The translations under genes and the position numbers were made by a program. A stretch of 64,000 nucleotides of DNA from NCBI GenBank assembly GCA_965655095.1, contig OZ296655.1, forward strand, positions 39,494,001 to 39,558,000, read 5' to 3'. Positions 11,790 through 25,164 of this stretch are shown here, piece by piece. The stretch comes from Haplodiscus bocki. Lineage: Eukaryota. Within the stretch, counting starts at the first letter, position 1. Each line of letters starts with the position of its first letter. The notes under the pieces were generated by a model. That model was not told the DNA's origin, ran no database searches, and was given only the letters and a program-made list of their open reading frames with translations.

Positions 11790-14096
11790 TCAAGATGTTG
11801 TATATTCGGCATAGAGCGGGGCTGCAAAGTCTGGATTAACACGGGTAGGGACTTGTGGGGCATTGCAGGTAGTTTTTGATTTCGTATTGTGGGGCGAGTA
11901 ATTCAGGGTTTTACTAGCCAGTGTTTTTGATGCGTTGAATTCCTCCAAACTGAGCTGAATGAAAGCAGACGCGTCATCAGTGGCTGTGTCTGGAGTTTCA
12001 TCACTGTTCGTGACATGCAAGATTTGTCCATTTGTACTTTTGAAGAACTTGTCTGGAAGAAAGAATAGTCTTTTCGTTGGCAGTGGAACAAGGTAAACTC
12101 ATGGTAGCAGTCAAAGAAGAAAAGGTAACCGAAACATTCGAGAACAAAACGGCGGTACGAAAAAGGAGACAAAGCTTGAGGGCTTGTGATGTTGCCGGAA
12201 AATTGACGAATAATATTGTGCAATCGAATGTGTTAATTGATCGATTGAATCAACTGAACTGCGTCGCACGTCCGGAAGTTCTGCCAATTCCATGCGAACA
12301 CTGCTGAGGACGCAATGACGTGCTCCACTCAACGGAAAAGCGTTAAAGATATGCTCGGGTTGTGGGATATGTTTGAAGACTTGTTCTAATGATGAGATCA
12401 GTTCAATCATTGCAAAGAAGGGCTCTAGGCTGGTCGAGCAGTAGTCCATATCCGATTCAAGAACCAGATTTTTTTGATTCAGGGTTAGGGTAAGGTGGCA
12501 ACTGGGCCTCAAAGTGCAGGCTTGACAAAGAATAATCGACACACTTACGCCATTGATATCACTGCCGTTTTTCATGTGAACAATTGGTTCGCGGTTACTA
12601 ACATGGTACCACCTTACAGCCAAATAAAGGGCTTGTGGCAAAGCTTCAGGTAAAAACACAGAAGTGGCGGGGCACTTTCGCAATGCCGGGATGGCGTAAT
12701 CGAACATCAGTGATCTCAGGCATAGGAGGGTGTCATCAGTTGTGGTTGAGAAACCGTTGCGACATTCTGATACGCTTGTTGCCTGAATAATGTTGTAATG
12801 TGAACCTATCTAAGTCAGCGTATCGAGAATCTTCATGGGCCACGGCCAAGAAAGGCTTTGACAGCTACAACAAGCGGGCTGTCTTGTTGTCAACGTTTGG
12901 CTGATACAGCGGAGTAGCAAGGTACACGTTGAAAGCGGAAGACTTGGAGTTCATTGAAACACCAAGCACAACTTATATAACGTGCAAGATTAACTTGACT
13001 TCTAAAACGTGTTGAATCTCATAATAGATAATTTCGAAGCCAGGATGTATGGCGGGCGTAAATTTTGTACCACTGTAACTCTCTTCTTTCGACAGTGTTC
13101 GAACAATGTCAGCATTTTGCTGGGATAGGAGGAACTGAGGGTTGACTTGCCCACTGTTAAGGGACAAAATTGGCCAGAACAAGTTAAAAGTGCAGGCGTA
13201 GAACGCAGCTTGGTTTGATTTTATGTGAGTGTGAAGAGTACCCAATTGTGAGATGACATATCTAATCTCTTGGGCGAAAAGAGAATGTTTCGTTTGTTTC
13301 TCGGTGCATTCTTTGTACAACGTTAATTCTACTTGAAATAAGGTAAATTTTTCATTAAAGGTCTGCAAGTGGTCTTGTACCGCATCTCGGTGGTTTTTCG
13401 CATTCTCCTGAGATAGAGGGACTTCATTTCCCAGAAGGAAGAAGTCCTCACCGTTGGATGACTGGACACGTTGCATGGTCGCTGATGTTTCTATTTTCGT
13501 CTGAAGAATATCTTCTACATCCTTAGCTAAACTGCTTGTGTCATCGCAAAAAAGAGTAATCGAGACAACTGCACCAAGAGCAGCTGTTGGGCCAATGAAT
13601 CGTTTAGAACGTGGAAGCGTCGCCACACCCTCTTGATACTTTTTGGGAGAATTTATTGCATTACATCAGCAAACTTTTTTTGTTCCTCAGTAGCGTGACT
13701 CATTTTGACCTTGATCAAGTTAACGCCATCTTTCAACTGTGTCATTAAAATTCGCAACCTTTCATCATTCATGGTGTAGTCGCGGTAGGCCTGCGAGTAC
13801 AATCCAGCGACACCAAGGACTCGTGTCTTGGTTTGGTTCAGCAACTCTTCAGCTCCACTTAGATTAACATCTGGTACTTTTGGGTACGGGGAGAACACTC
13901 GAAATTTGCTCTCACTTTCGGAATTGACTGCTTGATATTCAAAGAGGAAGGCAACGCCTTTTGTGAAGACTGGAACTTCTGGCTGATCGTTGAGATTAGT
14001 CGAGTAGTGGGTCACAGTGTGACAAGGAGGTGGGCCGTTGAGAAGGACAAAACAAAATAGAAGGGGAAGCTTGAAGGAGGAATAAAAGGGGTTCAA
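11790..14096 (-). pseudogene. env: env-like class I fusion glycoprotein (errantivirus/F-protein-like), frameshifted
   Basis: N-terminal signal peptide (FKLPLLFCFVLLNG), furin site RSKR (13611-13600) followed by the hydrophobic fusion peptide FIGPTAALGAVVSITLF, a heptad region, a Cys-rich segment (ILCQACTLRPSC), a hydrophobic TM near 12190-12080 and a cytoplasmic tail to 11790. Confidence 0.8.
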
Positions 14097-14277
14097 GGCG
14101 TTAAATTACCGTTCTGAAAGAGTAAAAATTTATGAAGAGGGTGAACTTATCTTCTTCGAGTTGGCGGAGGAGTTAAACCCACTCAAGTCAGGAGGTAGTT
14201 TTGATTTCCAAAGCGGTTGGACTTTGCGTTGCATTGTACACTTACGCAGGTTACGTTGAGGTGGGCTGGTGAAGCAA

Positions 14278-15860
14278 CTACTGCTTCACCGAATTGAAGG
14301 GTACGAGAGGTGTTGTCAATGACTTCGCGGAACCATGGTTTTGGTGGCACAGATGACGATGTGGAGGAACTATTGGGAAGACTCTGTGAAAGTCCCGGTG
14401 ATTCCACGAAAAATGTCGGTGGTTGGGGCGTAGGTGTGCTTGAACGGAAAGAAGTTGATGCTCTTGGCGTGCCGGGAGACCCGTGGTTACCGATGCAGGA
14501 GTAGCAGACGGAATTGTACATGCAAGGCCGCGAGAACAAGTAGTTGCTGACTGGACGGTATGGTTTGGATAATGCCAGGTGCATTGATCATGATTAGACG
14601 CAGGAACTATTTGTTGTTGTTGCTGAAATTTTGGAGGAAATATGTTGTCCTGGTTCCGCTTGTCGCGCATAGAGAAGTTCGAGGTCGGTGGGGGTTCATG
14701 GAAAAGCTTCAGACGATCACTAAAGACCACAAGTTCCCTTTGAGTTGCAATTTCTTTAATACGGTAGATCACATCCATGAGGCATTGTAAAATGAAATAC
14801 GGGCCTTTCCATAGGCTATAGAGCTTCAGTGATATACCAACTGGAACGACAGGGTTATGTAGTAGGAAATTTTGATTGACTTGATAAGTGTACCCATGGA
14901 CCTTTCGGTTGAAATGTGCATTTCTCCGTCACTGACTGAAATTCAGGGCTGTACGAGCCGAATCGCACGCTTTTTGAAATATCACTTGTCGGACAGACAC
15001 GTACTCATGCATGTCTGTTAGAGGTTGATCAGTCGGGTCTGGTTACATGAAATTTATAGGAAGACAAACCTTTTGTCCATAGACATGAAAATGTGGGGTA
15101 TACTCTGTGGATTCATGAACCGAGGTACGATATACCACCGTGACATACGGTAACTGTTCTGACCAGTTGCTTTGTTCATCGTTAATGCATTTGGCAAGCA
15201 TCATTTGCAACGTCCGGTTCATCACTTCCACGACTGCGTTTAACTGGGGTCGGCAGGCTGTTGTTCGGGTTTTGTTAACTTCCAGGGCGAGATTCAGACT
15301 TTTGAAAAGTTTTGATTCAAAACTACGATCCGGCTCGCTATGGATGTTGTGGGGGATCCAAATCGACATATCCAATTTTCAAGAAGTGATGTAGCTGTTG
15401 CAGAAGCAGTTTGATCGGGAAGTGGAATCGCTTCCTACCACTTCGCGAAATGATCGCCAATTAGAAGTATGTGTTGGTTACCGTTCGACAATGGTAACTG
15501 ACCCATGAAAGTGATGCTGATATGACGAAATAGGTAGCTTGGGGTCCAATCGACCAAAAAATGTCGATGAGTTTTGGGTGGGTTGGCTTCTTTCTGGCAT
15601 TGTTCACAACGATTGATGCAATAAATTCACAACTTCTTGGACGCCAGGCCAGTAGAAACGTTCACAAGCCTTCTCTACAGTCTTGCATTTTCCTAGGTGA
15701 TCTCCAGTGGTCGATGAGTGGATTGAATTCAGGACTTGGGGTAATAATGACGCAGGTATGAATTGTTGAATGTACGATGGACGTCCTTTGTGGGCGAATT
15801 CTCTACATGAAACGTCGTTGATGATCTTTAGACTTCGGAAAAGGTTGATCAATGGCCATG
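14278..15860 (-). pseudogene. Element A integrase (HHCC, catalytic core, C-terminal region)
   Basis: IHSSTTGDHLG..TVEKACERFYWPG; IPHNIHSEPDRSFES..KTRTTACRPQLNAVVEVMNRTL..WSEQLPYV..YRTSVHESTEYTP. Confidence 0.92.
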
Positions 15861-16066
15861 TTGCTCGTAGCAGTCCTTATAATTTTTGGGTTTTCGATGG
15901 TGTAACGCGTATGACCCGTTGAAAAAGGTTCATCAATGCTGGTTTGGCTCAATGTGCCGACGCGAGTGAAGTCAACGTTTCGGAATCACTAAGAGTCTCT
16001 GCTGCGACTAAGATATCCATGGAATCAAATGAGTCTTTAGTTGCGCGTGGCGGTTCTTTGGAAAGC

Positions 16067-16475
16067 TTTAGAAACACGAAATATTCTATGTTGGGAGGCC
16101 GGAAAACTTTTTGAATCAATGATCGAACTTGACTCCAATCAAGTTTATCGAGGCCATAACCTATCTGTGAATGCTCATTCGCAAAACATTGTTGCCTTCA
16201 GCGTGGCTCTTCATTGCCTCTAGAGATAATCTCGATGCTTTTTACGTAGGTTTATGGAAAAAACGTACTTTTGTTATTAAATGACAGGAAAAACGTTGCC
16301 ATTCGAAGATCCATTGTAGCCAAATGTTTTCGCTAGCAATGGCTTCTTCGTCGGGGTACAGCGTTGGAATGCGTCTCTTAATGCTTCCAGCAATTCCTGC
16401 TCCTAGCTTGAAGTCAGCTGAAATACAGTGAGCAATGTAGTCAGTTGAATACACTACATCGCCTATGATCCCCAA
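16067..16475 (-). pseudogene. OARD1/TARG1-type macrodomain in element A pol, between the RNase H remnant and integrase
   Basis: GDVVYSTDYIAHCISADFKLGAGIA..HLITKVRFFHKPT*KASRLSLEAMKSHA..(frameshift)IGYGLDKLDWSQVRSLIQKVF matches the TARG1 pattern AHCISEDCRMGAGIA..LITK..HKPTY..SLEAMKSH..IGCGLDRLQW. Confidence 0.9.
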
Positions 16476-16529
16476 ATTTTGGAGATGTTTGTGGTCGGGT
16501 GGATTTTCATTCGTACGGTTGGGCCATTC

Positions 16530-18260
16530 CTAGTTATTTTCAGGCGCTTCTTCTACCGGGTCTTCAGTTACAGTTGATTGAAATGCTCCAAGAGGTGTTC
16601 GGGATAAACCATCGGCTTGGCCAATCGATTTTCTGGGAAAATACACTACCTCGTGGTCGAAGGCGGCAAGTTTCTCAAACGATTTTAGTTCGGGCGGATT
16701 TGTTGGAATGGGAAACCTTTTTGAATCTTTAATGACATTGGCCTGCAATCCGTTTTTGCTGATGATCGGACCAACAAAAGGGGCACGAGTTTGGAAAGTT
16801 TCACAAGTTGTCGGATTTTTTTTGAGATTCGGAGAGCGAAAACTTTTAAGAACTTCTTTTAGTCTTTGAATGTGTTCTTCACCCGTGGAAGAGATGTTGA
16901 TGCAATCATCAAAACATGGGATGGATGTCTTCTAAGTCAGGCCATCCAGAACTTGTACTATCAAGCTTTGAAAAGTGGTTGGGCTACCAGTCAGTCCCAA
17001 AGGAAATGGGAGCCATTTGCAAGATCCGAAAGGTGTACTAAACGCTGTGAAATCTTGAATTTCCTCAGCAATTGGTGGCTGATGGAAACCCGAGGACGTA
17101 TCAATCGTGGTGGAGAGTTCACTTCCTTCTGAGAAGTCAAAGATTTCCTCTACGGATGGAATGGGCCAACAGAACTTGATGGTTTGTTTATTCAACTGAC
17201 GGAAGTCTACTGCTAGACGGAGTGTGCCGTTTTTATTTGGGAAGAGCCTGGCCGTTGAACTATGTGGGCTATGACAAGGCGTGATTTGCTTCTCTTTTAG
17301 AGAAGCATCGATTTTTTTCTTGTACGTTGTCCTATTAATGTAAGGGCATCCTCCAGTTGGGGAGCTTAATCGGTCACGATCCGGGTTCTACTTGAATCTT
17401 GCATCGCATTGGCGTATGTCCCATTCACTTTTCGAGATCACATTAGAAAACTCCTTGATTAGTTCAGACAACTTTACTTTTGCTTCCAGGGAAATACCGG
17501 TATCAATAAAATTTTTGAAAAATTTCAAATTGTTTTTGACATCCTTTTTGTCGGTTAATTTCTGGCTTTTACGATTTTTCAGTATACCAATGTTTTAGAT
17601 TATTTCCGTTTCGACTACTTCATATTGTCCCACTGTGGTATCTTTATGTATTATGACCGCTTCGTTTCCAGTATATGTTACCATCACCTGGCTTATTATC
17701 TCAGCAGAATTAAACAACACAAGGTCAGCACTGACCTCTTTGTCTGCTTTGAACCGTTCATGCGGTTCAAGTAAGGTTGCCAACTCTATTGTTTCACGAT
17801 TAGTCATGGGACGTGGGCTGCTATGATCATTGAATAACGGGCCGGGATCCAAACATTGCCCGTGGTGACAACTAGGAAGACGTGATCAGTTTGGATTGTA
17901 TAAACTTGGAGATACAATGGGACAAAAGTGTCATCATTCACTCGCATTTTTTTCAGAAACAGTGGATCACATTGGTGATTTTCCAAAAAATCAAGGCCTA
18001 TCAGACAATTGGCTTCCGATTTAGCCAAAACATGAAAAAGATGTTTAAACGTTTTTCCGCCTGAACATGGGGGAGGCGTACGATGAATTGCTTCTCAATG
18101 GGCAATTGATTTGCAACTTTCAGTTGTTTCAGTGCAGGTTCCAACTTCAAAGAAGGTTTCAATTTGAGGGAATCAAAGATTTTAAAACTAAGTCAGGACG
18201 AAAATGTTCCACTGTCTCATATCGTTTCGAACATGCAATCAAAGATTTTTATTCGAATAA
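16530..18260 (-). pseudogene. pol: Element A protease + RT (RT thumb and most of RNase H deleted near 16680)
   Basis: Protease xDSG (~18216-18208) and LIGLDFL; RT LRLAVDFRQLNKQT..WPIPSVEEIFD..IDTSSGFHQ..AFSTPFG..PLGLTGSPTTFQ..PCFDD. The junction ELKSF|EKLAAFDHEVVY..QADGLSR shows the deletion. Confidence 0.9.
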
Positions 18261-18363
18261 AAACACTTCGGTGATAAAAACAACGGAATTCAATGTTTCA
18301 AATTGTAGGCCTGGAGAGGTGCTTTTGTCGCCGCTTTGACCTTCTGGCGTAGACGTGTTTAGT

Positions 18364-19420
18364 TTATATTGTTGGGAAAGTTACTTCGGCACTCCTTGCG
18401 GAAGTTTCTAATCCTTTCACACATGAAACACGCTTTGCATTCGTTTGAGGTATGATTTTTGCGTTTACAAGGTTAGCAAGGTCCTCTGGAACTAATTTGG
18501 ATGCTTTTGGGAAGGTTAGGGATTGATTTTTGGCAGTTGAGTCCTCGCCGATTGTTGTCTTGGCGATTGTCATTTCCTCCTTCATTCGAATTATCTTGGA
18601 AACGGGCCGTTCTGGTTCCTCGCGCATTGGTGCTTTTGTATCGAGAACGCTGGTTGCGACATGGCGTACTGCTTCGCTGTCGGGAGATATCTTGGTTCGG
18701 CTTAAGCATGGCGTTCTTGAATTCATCCGTTGGCGTTCGATTAAACTCGTCCCCACACTCTTTGGTGGAAGGCCCAGGAGTTTCAAGGGAGATGGCGTTC
18801 ACGCTGATCTCGGCCATTTTGCTTGTTGATGGGGCTCCATTCTCGATTTCCACGAAAGAGTTCAAATCCATGGCTAGGGCTAGAGCATCATCAGCTGTAG
18901 CTGGTTTCGACTTTCTAAGTTCCCATCGAAGATTCGCATCGTTCAAGATTTCAAGGAAGCTAGTGAAAACAATCTGTTCGACCAAGTGGGGGAAGGCGCG
19001 ATAGACGCGTTGCGCAAAAGTTGGATCGTCACACAAGGAGGCAAACGTATCTTGATTGAGTTGCTGCCGGGCAGTTTTCAATCTTGCTTTCAATATGTCC
19101 ACATTCGTTGTATAGTCTTGCCGGAAGTCATCAACTAACACGTTGAAGTCAGCTTGTTGGGCTGCAGAAATCGTTGTGTAGAAACGCAGGGCATTTCATC
19201 TTAGCCGAAGAGCGGAATAATGTGACTTGTTGTCATGGGCCGGGCAAAGCCAACCAGGAAGTAACGCATCAGTGTTAAATTGCTGTAGGTAGTCCTCAAA
19301 GTCACCAAAACCGATGAAACTTTCTGGCACAAGGCATGAGGGCAAAGGAATTACAAAAGGGTCATCTCCGGGGCCAAAAGGTGCCGCAAAGGGCCTGCCA
19401 TGTGCGACGGTTGTCGACAT
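18364..19420 (-). pseudogene. gag: Element A gag
   Basis: LVPESFIGFGDFEDYLQQFN.. capsid-like N-terminus; two C-terminal CCHC-like knuckles (C*PCKRKNHTSNEC; CFMCERIRNFRKEC). Confidence 0.8.
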
Positions 19421-19861
19421 TATAAAAAACTCGAAAAAAAATCAGACTATTTCGAACTATTAGGGTCTGAGGTGTTCAGGTTGGGAGGGTCGGTTGCCTG
19501 GGTACACGATAGCAAGGGGTTCCGTAAAGTAGTGCGACAGAACTTCAACATGAGTTCTGCAGATTTGAGCTGGGACTGAGAAAAAAACTTCTTGTAAACT
19601 GAATGTGGTTTGGATGGTTCGTGTTAGGAAAAAAATGAACCAGTAGTTGCGTTTCCATGTGTTGGTGGTATTGATTTCCTTCAGGCCGATAATGAATACT
19701 CAATTAATGCTGTGAAATAGAAGATTCGGGCCAAGAAGTGATTGGGATTTGATGTGTGCCGACTTGGCAGAAATAGCAACGAATAAAGATTTCTTTAGGT
19801 AACCTGTTCTTGGTTGTTAACACAGAAAAACGAAAAGTTACATCGGAAACACAAATTCAAC

Positions 19862-20131
19862 TCAAAAAGTTTCTTTTGTTAACAAGTCGGCGTTTACTGC
19901 GGGAAAACACTTTTTTCTGGTTTCGTGAAAGTCGAAAGATAATCCAGATTCGGCAGCTATCAGTAGGAGTTGCGTGATGACAGTCAATGCACGAAAAAAG
20001 TTGAAAAAGTACTTTGTGTTATTGATAGGGAAGCGATTTTGCACGGTTCGGTACGCGGGTGGGGCTGAAAGAGGACTCATAGAAAAAACTCGGGCATGGG
20101 GTGATGTATGCGCACAGAATTGAACGGACAT
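19862..20131 (-). pseudogene. ORF0 upstream of gag (ATG-initiated MSVQFCAHTSPHARVFS...)
   Basis: Codon-level conservation with 6214-6402; lies between the 5' LTR and gag. Confidence 0.6.
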
Positions 20132-20220
20132 AAAAAAGAAAATGAGCTAAAAGCAAAAAAGAACGAAATATTTCAGAGAAACTGAAGTTTTTAGCAAGTA
20201 ATCACGTGAGGTCATTAAAA

Positions 20221-21339
20221 GGACTCGTATAAGGCGGCAAACATAGGACGAAGCTGGAGAAACTAGGCTCGGACAAGGTCCGGCGAGGACGATCTTAAAA
20301 AAACTAGACTCGGACGCATTCCGGTGAAAAGGATCTTAACTGGCGGGCACTCAAGTTCAGTGACAAGATAAACAGTGGGCAAAAGTCTGGGGCCAAAGCC
20401 AAGAAAAGGGAAAGCACTTCATTTTTATCGTTTTGAAAAATTGCTCACGGATCGTTTTTCAACCACCTTTCACGTGAGGTATCACACGCCAAGCAACACT
20501 TTGTAAGTCGTAGGTTTTCAAAACAGGTCGTTAGAAATGTATTTTGGTTGCGGAGGACAACTGTTATTGGAAATGGTACTCAGCATTTTCTAAAATTACT
20601 TTTTAGGTGTTTTTAGTTTGATGGTTGCTAGCAAGATATCTCAAGTGAATGAAAAATGTTTTTGGCTTCGTAGAAAAGATTTTATATTACAAAAAGAGAA
20701 AAGGAAAGAAAGAAAAAGAAAACGTTTTAAAAAGAATTTATTGGATTACAAAACTTACATAGCTTCAGAGTTCTTTTCGGGGACGGTTGAAGGCTCTTCT
20801 TGTTGAGTTGCGGAGGAGAGGTTGTTTTTTGTGGAAACTGGTCTTCTTGCTGAGGTGCTTTCAGGATTGTCTGATTGGATATTCTTTCAGAAATTCTTTG
20901 TAAAATTGTCGAGGGTCTAATGACTGTAAGGGCACGCGTCGGATCAGTTTTGACTTCAGTAACAATTTTAATTTTAAGTTACACAGCAGAGAAAATGTTA
21001 CGACTGCAAAGAAATGTTGCATACGGTAGACAAAAGGTTTTCAGAAATTTTAAGTGTGTGTAAAATGCACACTAAAAGGTTTTAGAGAGAAGTTATTGTA
21101 CGTAGGAAGAAAGATTAGAAAGAGTATTGTATATATTAAACAGCAGTGATAACAGGATTTTGTGTTTTGTGAAAGTAGGTTTCGTCTATTAAGAGCACTC
21201 CGGCGTTCCCGAGGGTACTTGACTCACTGGCTTCAACTTTGGTTCAAGTTACTGAAAGAAAAATTAGTTCAAGTTGTAAAAAAAAATTGAGAAAAAAAAT
21301 CAGAAAGAAAAATTAAGCTTTAAATTTTTAGATATTACA
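20221..21339 (-). repeat. Element A 5' LTR (inner boundary approximate)
   Basis: Starts TGTAATATC at 21339 on the minus strand; aligns to the 3' LTR and to 6522-7773. Confidence 0.85.
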
Positions 21340-22099
21340 GTTTTTTAAAACCAGTTTTTCTGAACTTCTTTCGCCTACGACAACTGAAACTTCGATAAAT
21401 GGACAGCAGTTTCTTTCAGTTTCCGTTTGACTCATGGGAAGCAAAGCATTCTAAATATAAGGCTCTAACAAATTTGAAATTGTCATCGATTGTGACGGAA
21501 TCTTTTTCCTGTGAACATGTTTGCGACAACTGATAGACAAAAAAATTCTCATATTCACTAAGGGGATAAAAAATAGGTTCATGTTGCGAATCATACTTTT
21601 TGAGAATTCCTTGATGTGTAAGTTCAGTATCGAAACGGATTAATGGAAGTAATAATCATTCAGTCGCAGTTCTTTTGAAAAATTTCAAGCAGTTGTTTTT
21701 GCTGGTCCAACATGTTGAAGTTTGCCACCTTTATAAAAGAGTTTGAGATTTTCGCCCATCTTTCAAGTTAAGTAAAGTAGACTTCAGAGGACTCAAAGGA
21801 CAATGAAGCTACCTAATTGTGGGTTTCTTTTTCCCCGCCATTGTCCTTGAAAAAAGATGATCAATACTAACTATCAAGAGTTAGAAATTGGAAATTAGTG
21901 CGGGATTCATTTATCAAAAAATTTTAGAGATAGCGTAGTATGACATTATAACTCGAAACCTTTTTCATAACTGGCATTTAGTCTGACGATTATTCATTAA
22001 TTAGTTTACGCCGCTTTATTTTTAATGTTTGCTTACGTTGATAGTCAGAGGGGGATATAAAGAGAAACAATAATGTTCATAATAACATGTGTCTGATAA

Positions 22100-23179
22100 T
22101 TAAGAGTAATGCGCAGAGCGAAACTCCTTTGTTTGAATAGGCGGACGTCGCTTTACCTTTTTGTTAGTGACAAGCCCCTCAATAAATAACGTGGTTAATG
22201 ATTCCGGACTATATTTTTCCCAGTATTGCCAGTGTTTTTCTAACCTTTCCACACTTTCCTGAGGGCCTGTTGCTGGAGAAAACACTCATTTCCGTAAAAC
22301 TGATAAACCTTTTTTACGGCAAACTTGGCGCCATCTACCACGACGCACACCGGAAGTATACTCATCCAAGGTATCAATTACAATTTGTTGGTTGGTAGTA
22401 GTAGCGGCGTCCCATCCAGATAAAATCGTTGTGGCGAACCAGTGTCCAAAGTTAATACGGCGTGAGCGAGAAGATGGGGATTATAAATCAAATCGCCGGG
22501 ACGTTGAAGAGTAAATTGTAAAAAACGCGACTCACGTTCACGGGTTCACGCTGCATAAATTCTGTATAACCCTCAGAGGAGTGACAACAACGTTCGAAGA
22601 AGCGTGTACCTCGAGATGAAATAGAAGCACGCCAAATTTTTATTCCCTTGTTCAATAAAGCGAAAGAAGCGCGGCCGCCGATTTCCGTAAAAACGAAAGT
22701 GAACCACCGTCTTTTTTTGAATAATCCCTTACAAATGGTAAATACTTGATCAATGAAACAAAAGGGGACAAACAGTGGCTGAAGTCCATATCGGTTTAGA
22801 TGGAATATACAGAGTTACGAGTAACGGCATACTAGGGACATTTAGTAATTTTTGTTAGGGGACGTGAAGAGATATTGTTTACATGTTCCCAAATTAAATT
22901 AGAGTGGTCACAAAACAATTTTAATACTCCTATAGGCTTTACATTAACACTGAACGAAATACGCGGGACGAGGGGAGAGTTTGCACTAAAATTAACATCG
23001 GAAATAATATTAAAATGGGGCCAATGTTCATTAATATTTGAAGATTCAACATTGACAAGATCAATAAAGACAGGACCAAAAATGCTCTCCAAAAAATCCA
23101 AAACATTTAAACAACGTATTTCGAAGTCAGAATAATAATCAAGTTTACCAAAAGAATCCAAATCAATCATTTTTGCCAT
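22100..23179 (-). pseudogene. Intronless JmjC-domain (2OG-Fe(II) dioxygenase) pseudogene
   Basis: Joining frames gives TEIGGRASFALLNKGIKIW..LQFTLQRPGDLIYNPHLLAHAVLTLDTG, the JmjC strand motifs (cf. HxD-FGG..LKGEKIF and QxPGDxIxIPxxxxHAVxN). ATG at 23179, stop at 22100; several stops and frameshifts; the HxE His region is disrupted. Confidence 0.75.
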
Positions 23180-25067
23180 TTTTGCACTCCTGAATTTGCT
23201 GTGTTATTGCACGTGAATTGTGTGAATTTTAGCAGTGAGAATGATGCGTGAAAAAGGAATATTGAATTGAATAAGCACTACGGTGGAATGAGAACAAGCA
23301 GCGGAGCAAGTATCAGTTTTTTTCGAAGGACCTTGTCACGTGTATTGACATAGCAAAGTAACAGCAGCGTAAAATTTAAATTTTGGTCCGATTCGAACCC
23401 AAATTTTAACGTCAATTTTCTCAACGACCTTTATAGATAAAGCAAAACAATTTTGACTATTGAAAAGAACATCTGAAGACAAACAGTTTGACCGATTTTT
23501 ACTGCATTCTGATAGTTTAAAATTGTCGAAAAATTAAAACGAAAATTATTACGGACTGGAAAACAGTTCAGTCGGAACTTTAGAAGCGCATAAAAGTGAA
23601 AGTCGAGTGAAAATAAATTGTTATAAATACAAAAGTAACACAATAGAAGGGTTTTGGAGTGGTTTCTGACCACGCGCATGGCCTCCACCACCCCACGTAA
23701 TAGCATATTTACGCTCTCGCTGCTCAAAAATAGAGCCTTTTTTTAAATGTTCCCCAATGTTTGCTTCCTCATTTCTCTAAGAAGAAAAAAGATATCAAGA
23801 AACGATTTCCACCATTGTAAGTTACATCCATAGGAAAGCTTCAGTTTGAAATAGGAGCAAAATCGGAGGGAATTAAGATACTGCAAAATTGTTGCAAGAG
23901 GAAATTGGGGAAATGAGTTCAGTTAAAAACTTATTCTGAGCGAACCACGCATCAAAAAAGGCTTGGAACAGTTTTAAACGGAAGATATTCGGATGGACTA
24001 ATGTCCCTGAAAAGATGAATTGAATATACTTGGTCATTTTTGAGAACTAAGGAGAAAAACGCCAAAAAACGCCAAAAGTGGCCATAATCTGTACTTTTGC
24101 GAGATTTTATATAACTTTTATTTTGAGGCCAGCTAGAGAAGTCATCTTTTTGTTAAAACACTCTTCTTTGAATTTGCCAACGTGAAATAACTACCGCTGT
24201 GGAAAAAAATCATAAGTTGAGAAAAAGGACCTCAAAATGACCAAAATTCGACTTTTCGGATATGGAAATTTGATTACTTTCAAAAAAGCGCATTTTTCGA
24301 CCATGATTAATGGAAATAACTATAAAAATGTGAACAATGCCAAACTACGTCAAACTTTCCGTGTATTGATGTGTTCATTTTATTTCTATGGCGTTTATGA
24401 TAGACACAATTAAAAATTGATTTTTGGACAAAAATTACGCCTTTTTTCGGACATTTGTTTTTGCATATATATCATGATGGAAATGGTTAGGGAAGATATT
24501 CTAATCACCTATTTCAGAATTACTTGATCATGCGCGGCGAACTAAATAGATGACACATGAACCCAAAGACTTTGTCAATCAGAATGGTGACATAATCAAA
24601 TGGAAACGAAGAGGCATTTTCTTGAACATTTTTAACACCCCCGTTTTGCCAGTGGATACAACCAAAATCAATTAATCATATCTGATGTAAGCTAAAAAAA
24701 CAAACACCGAGTAGTACCAAAACTGATGATTATTGCACTGAAGTGAGATGAACCAAAAAACCAACGAAAATTGATATGTCATTTTACAAAGTATTGGATA
24801 CGATTAACCGGATGAATAATAATAGGGCCGAAAATAGCCCTAGCGGTACAAACACGAAACCAAGAGAGCCATAGGCGAAAAAGCGTCCCTGAACGCTGCC
24901 AAACGAAAGTGAGTTAAATTGCCGGGCAGTTTCTACTTTGCTTAAAACCGTTTGTTGTTTTCTTCAACTTAGTCAAGGACTGAAGTTGGGAAATTGTTCT
25001 TTCTGAGAAGTTATTGTCGAACAGTCCGGGAGTGTTGAATTCGATTGGCTCTTCATTCGAGAGTCGG

Positions 25068-25164
25068 ATGAAACTAGAAAAATTTGTTCAAAAATTGTCC
25101 AGTTGTGGTTTTGGTGTTCGATCCAATTCCAGCAGTAGTAGTGAGAAATTTTCCGACTATCAAC
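25068..25164 (+). CDS. Host gene (small PLAT/LH2-like protein, 137 aa), first coding exon
   Basis: Upstream intron GTGAGT(24909)...TTAG(24972); ATG at 25068; donor GTAAGG at 25165, phase 1, compatible with the next exon. Confidence 0.55.

Larger units (their letters stand above)
9549..21339 (-). mobile_element. Element A: decayed env-bearing Ty3/Gypsy LTR retrotransposon (endogenous metavirus-like)
   Basis: Direct LTR repeats (9549-10383 vs ~20500-21339), a PPT, gag with CCHC knuckles, pol in PR-RT-RH-IN order and an env-like ORF. Many stops and frameshifts. Confidence 0.92.
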
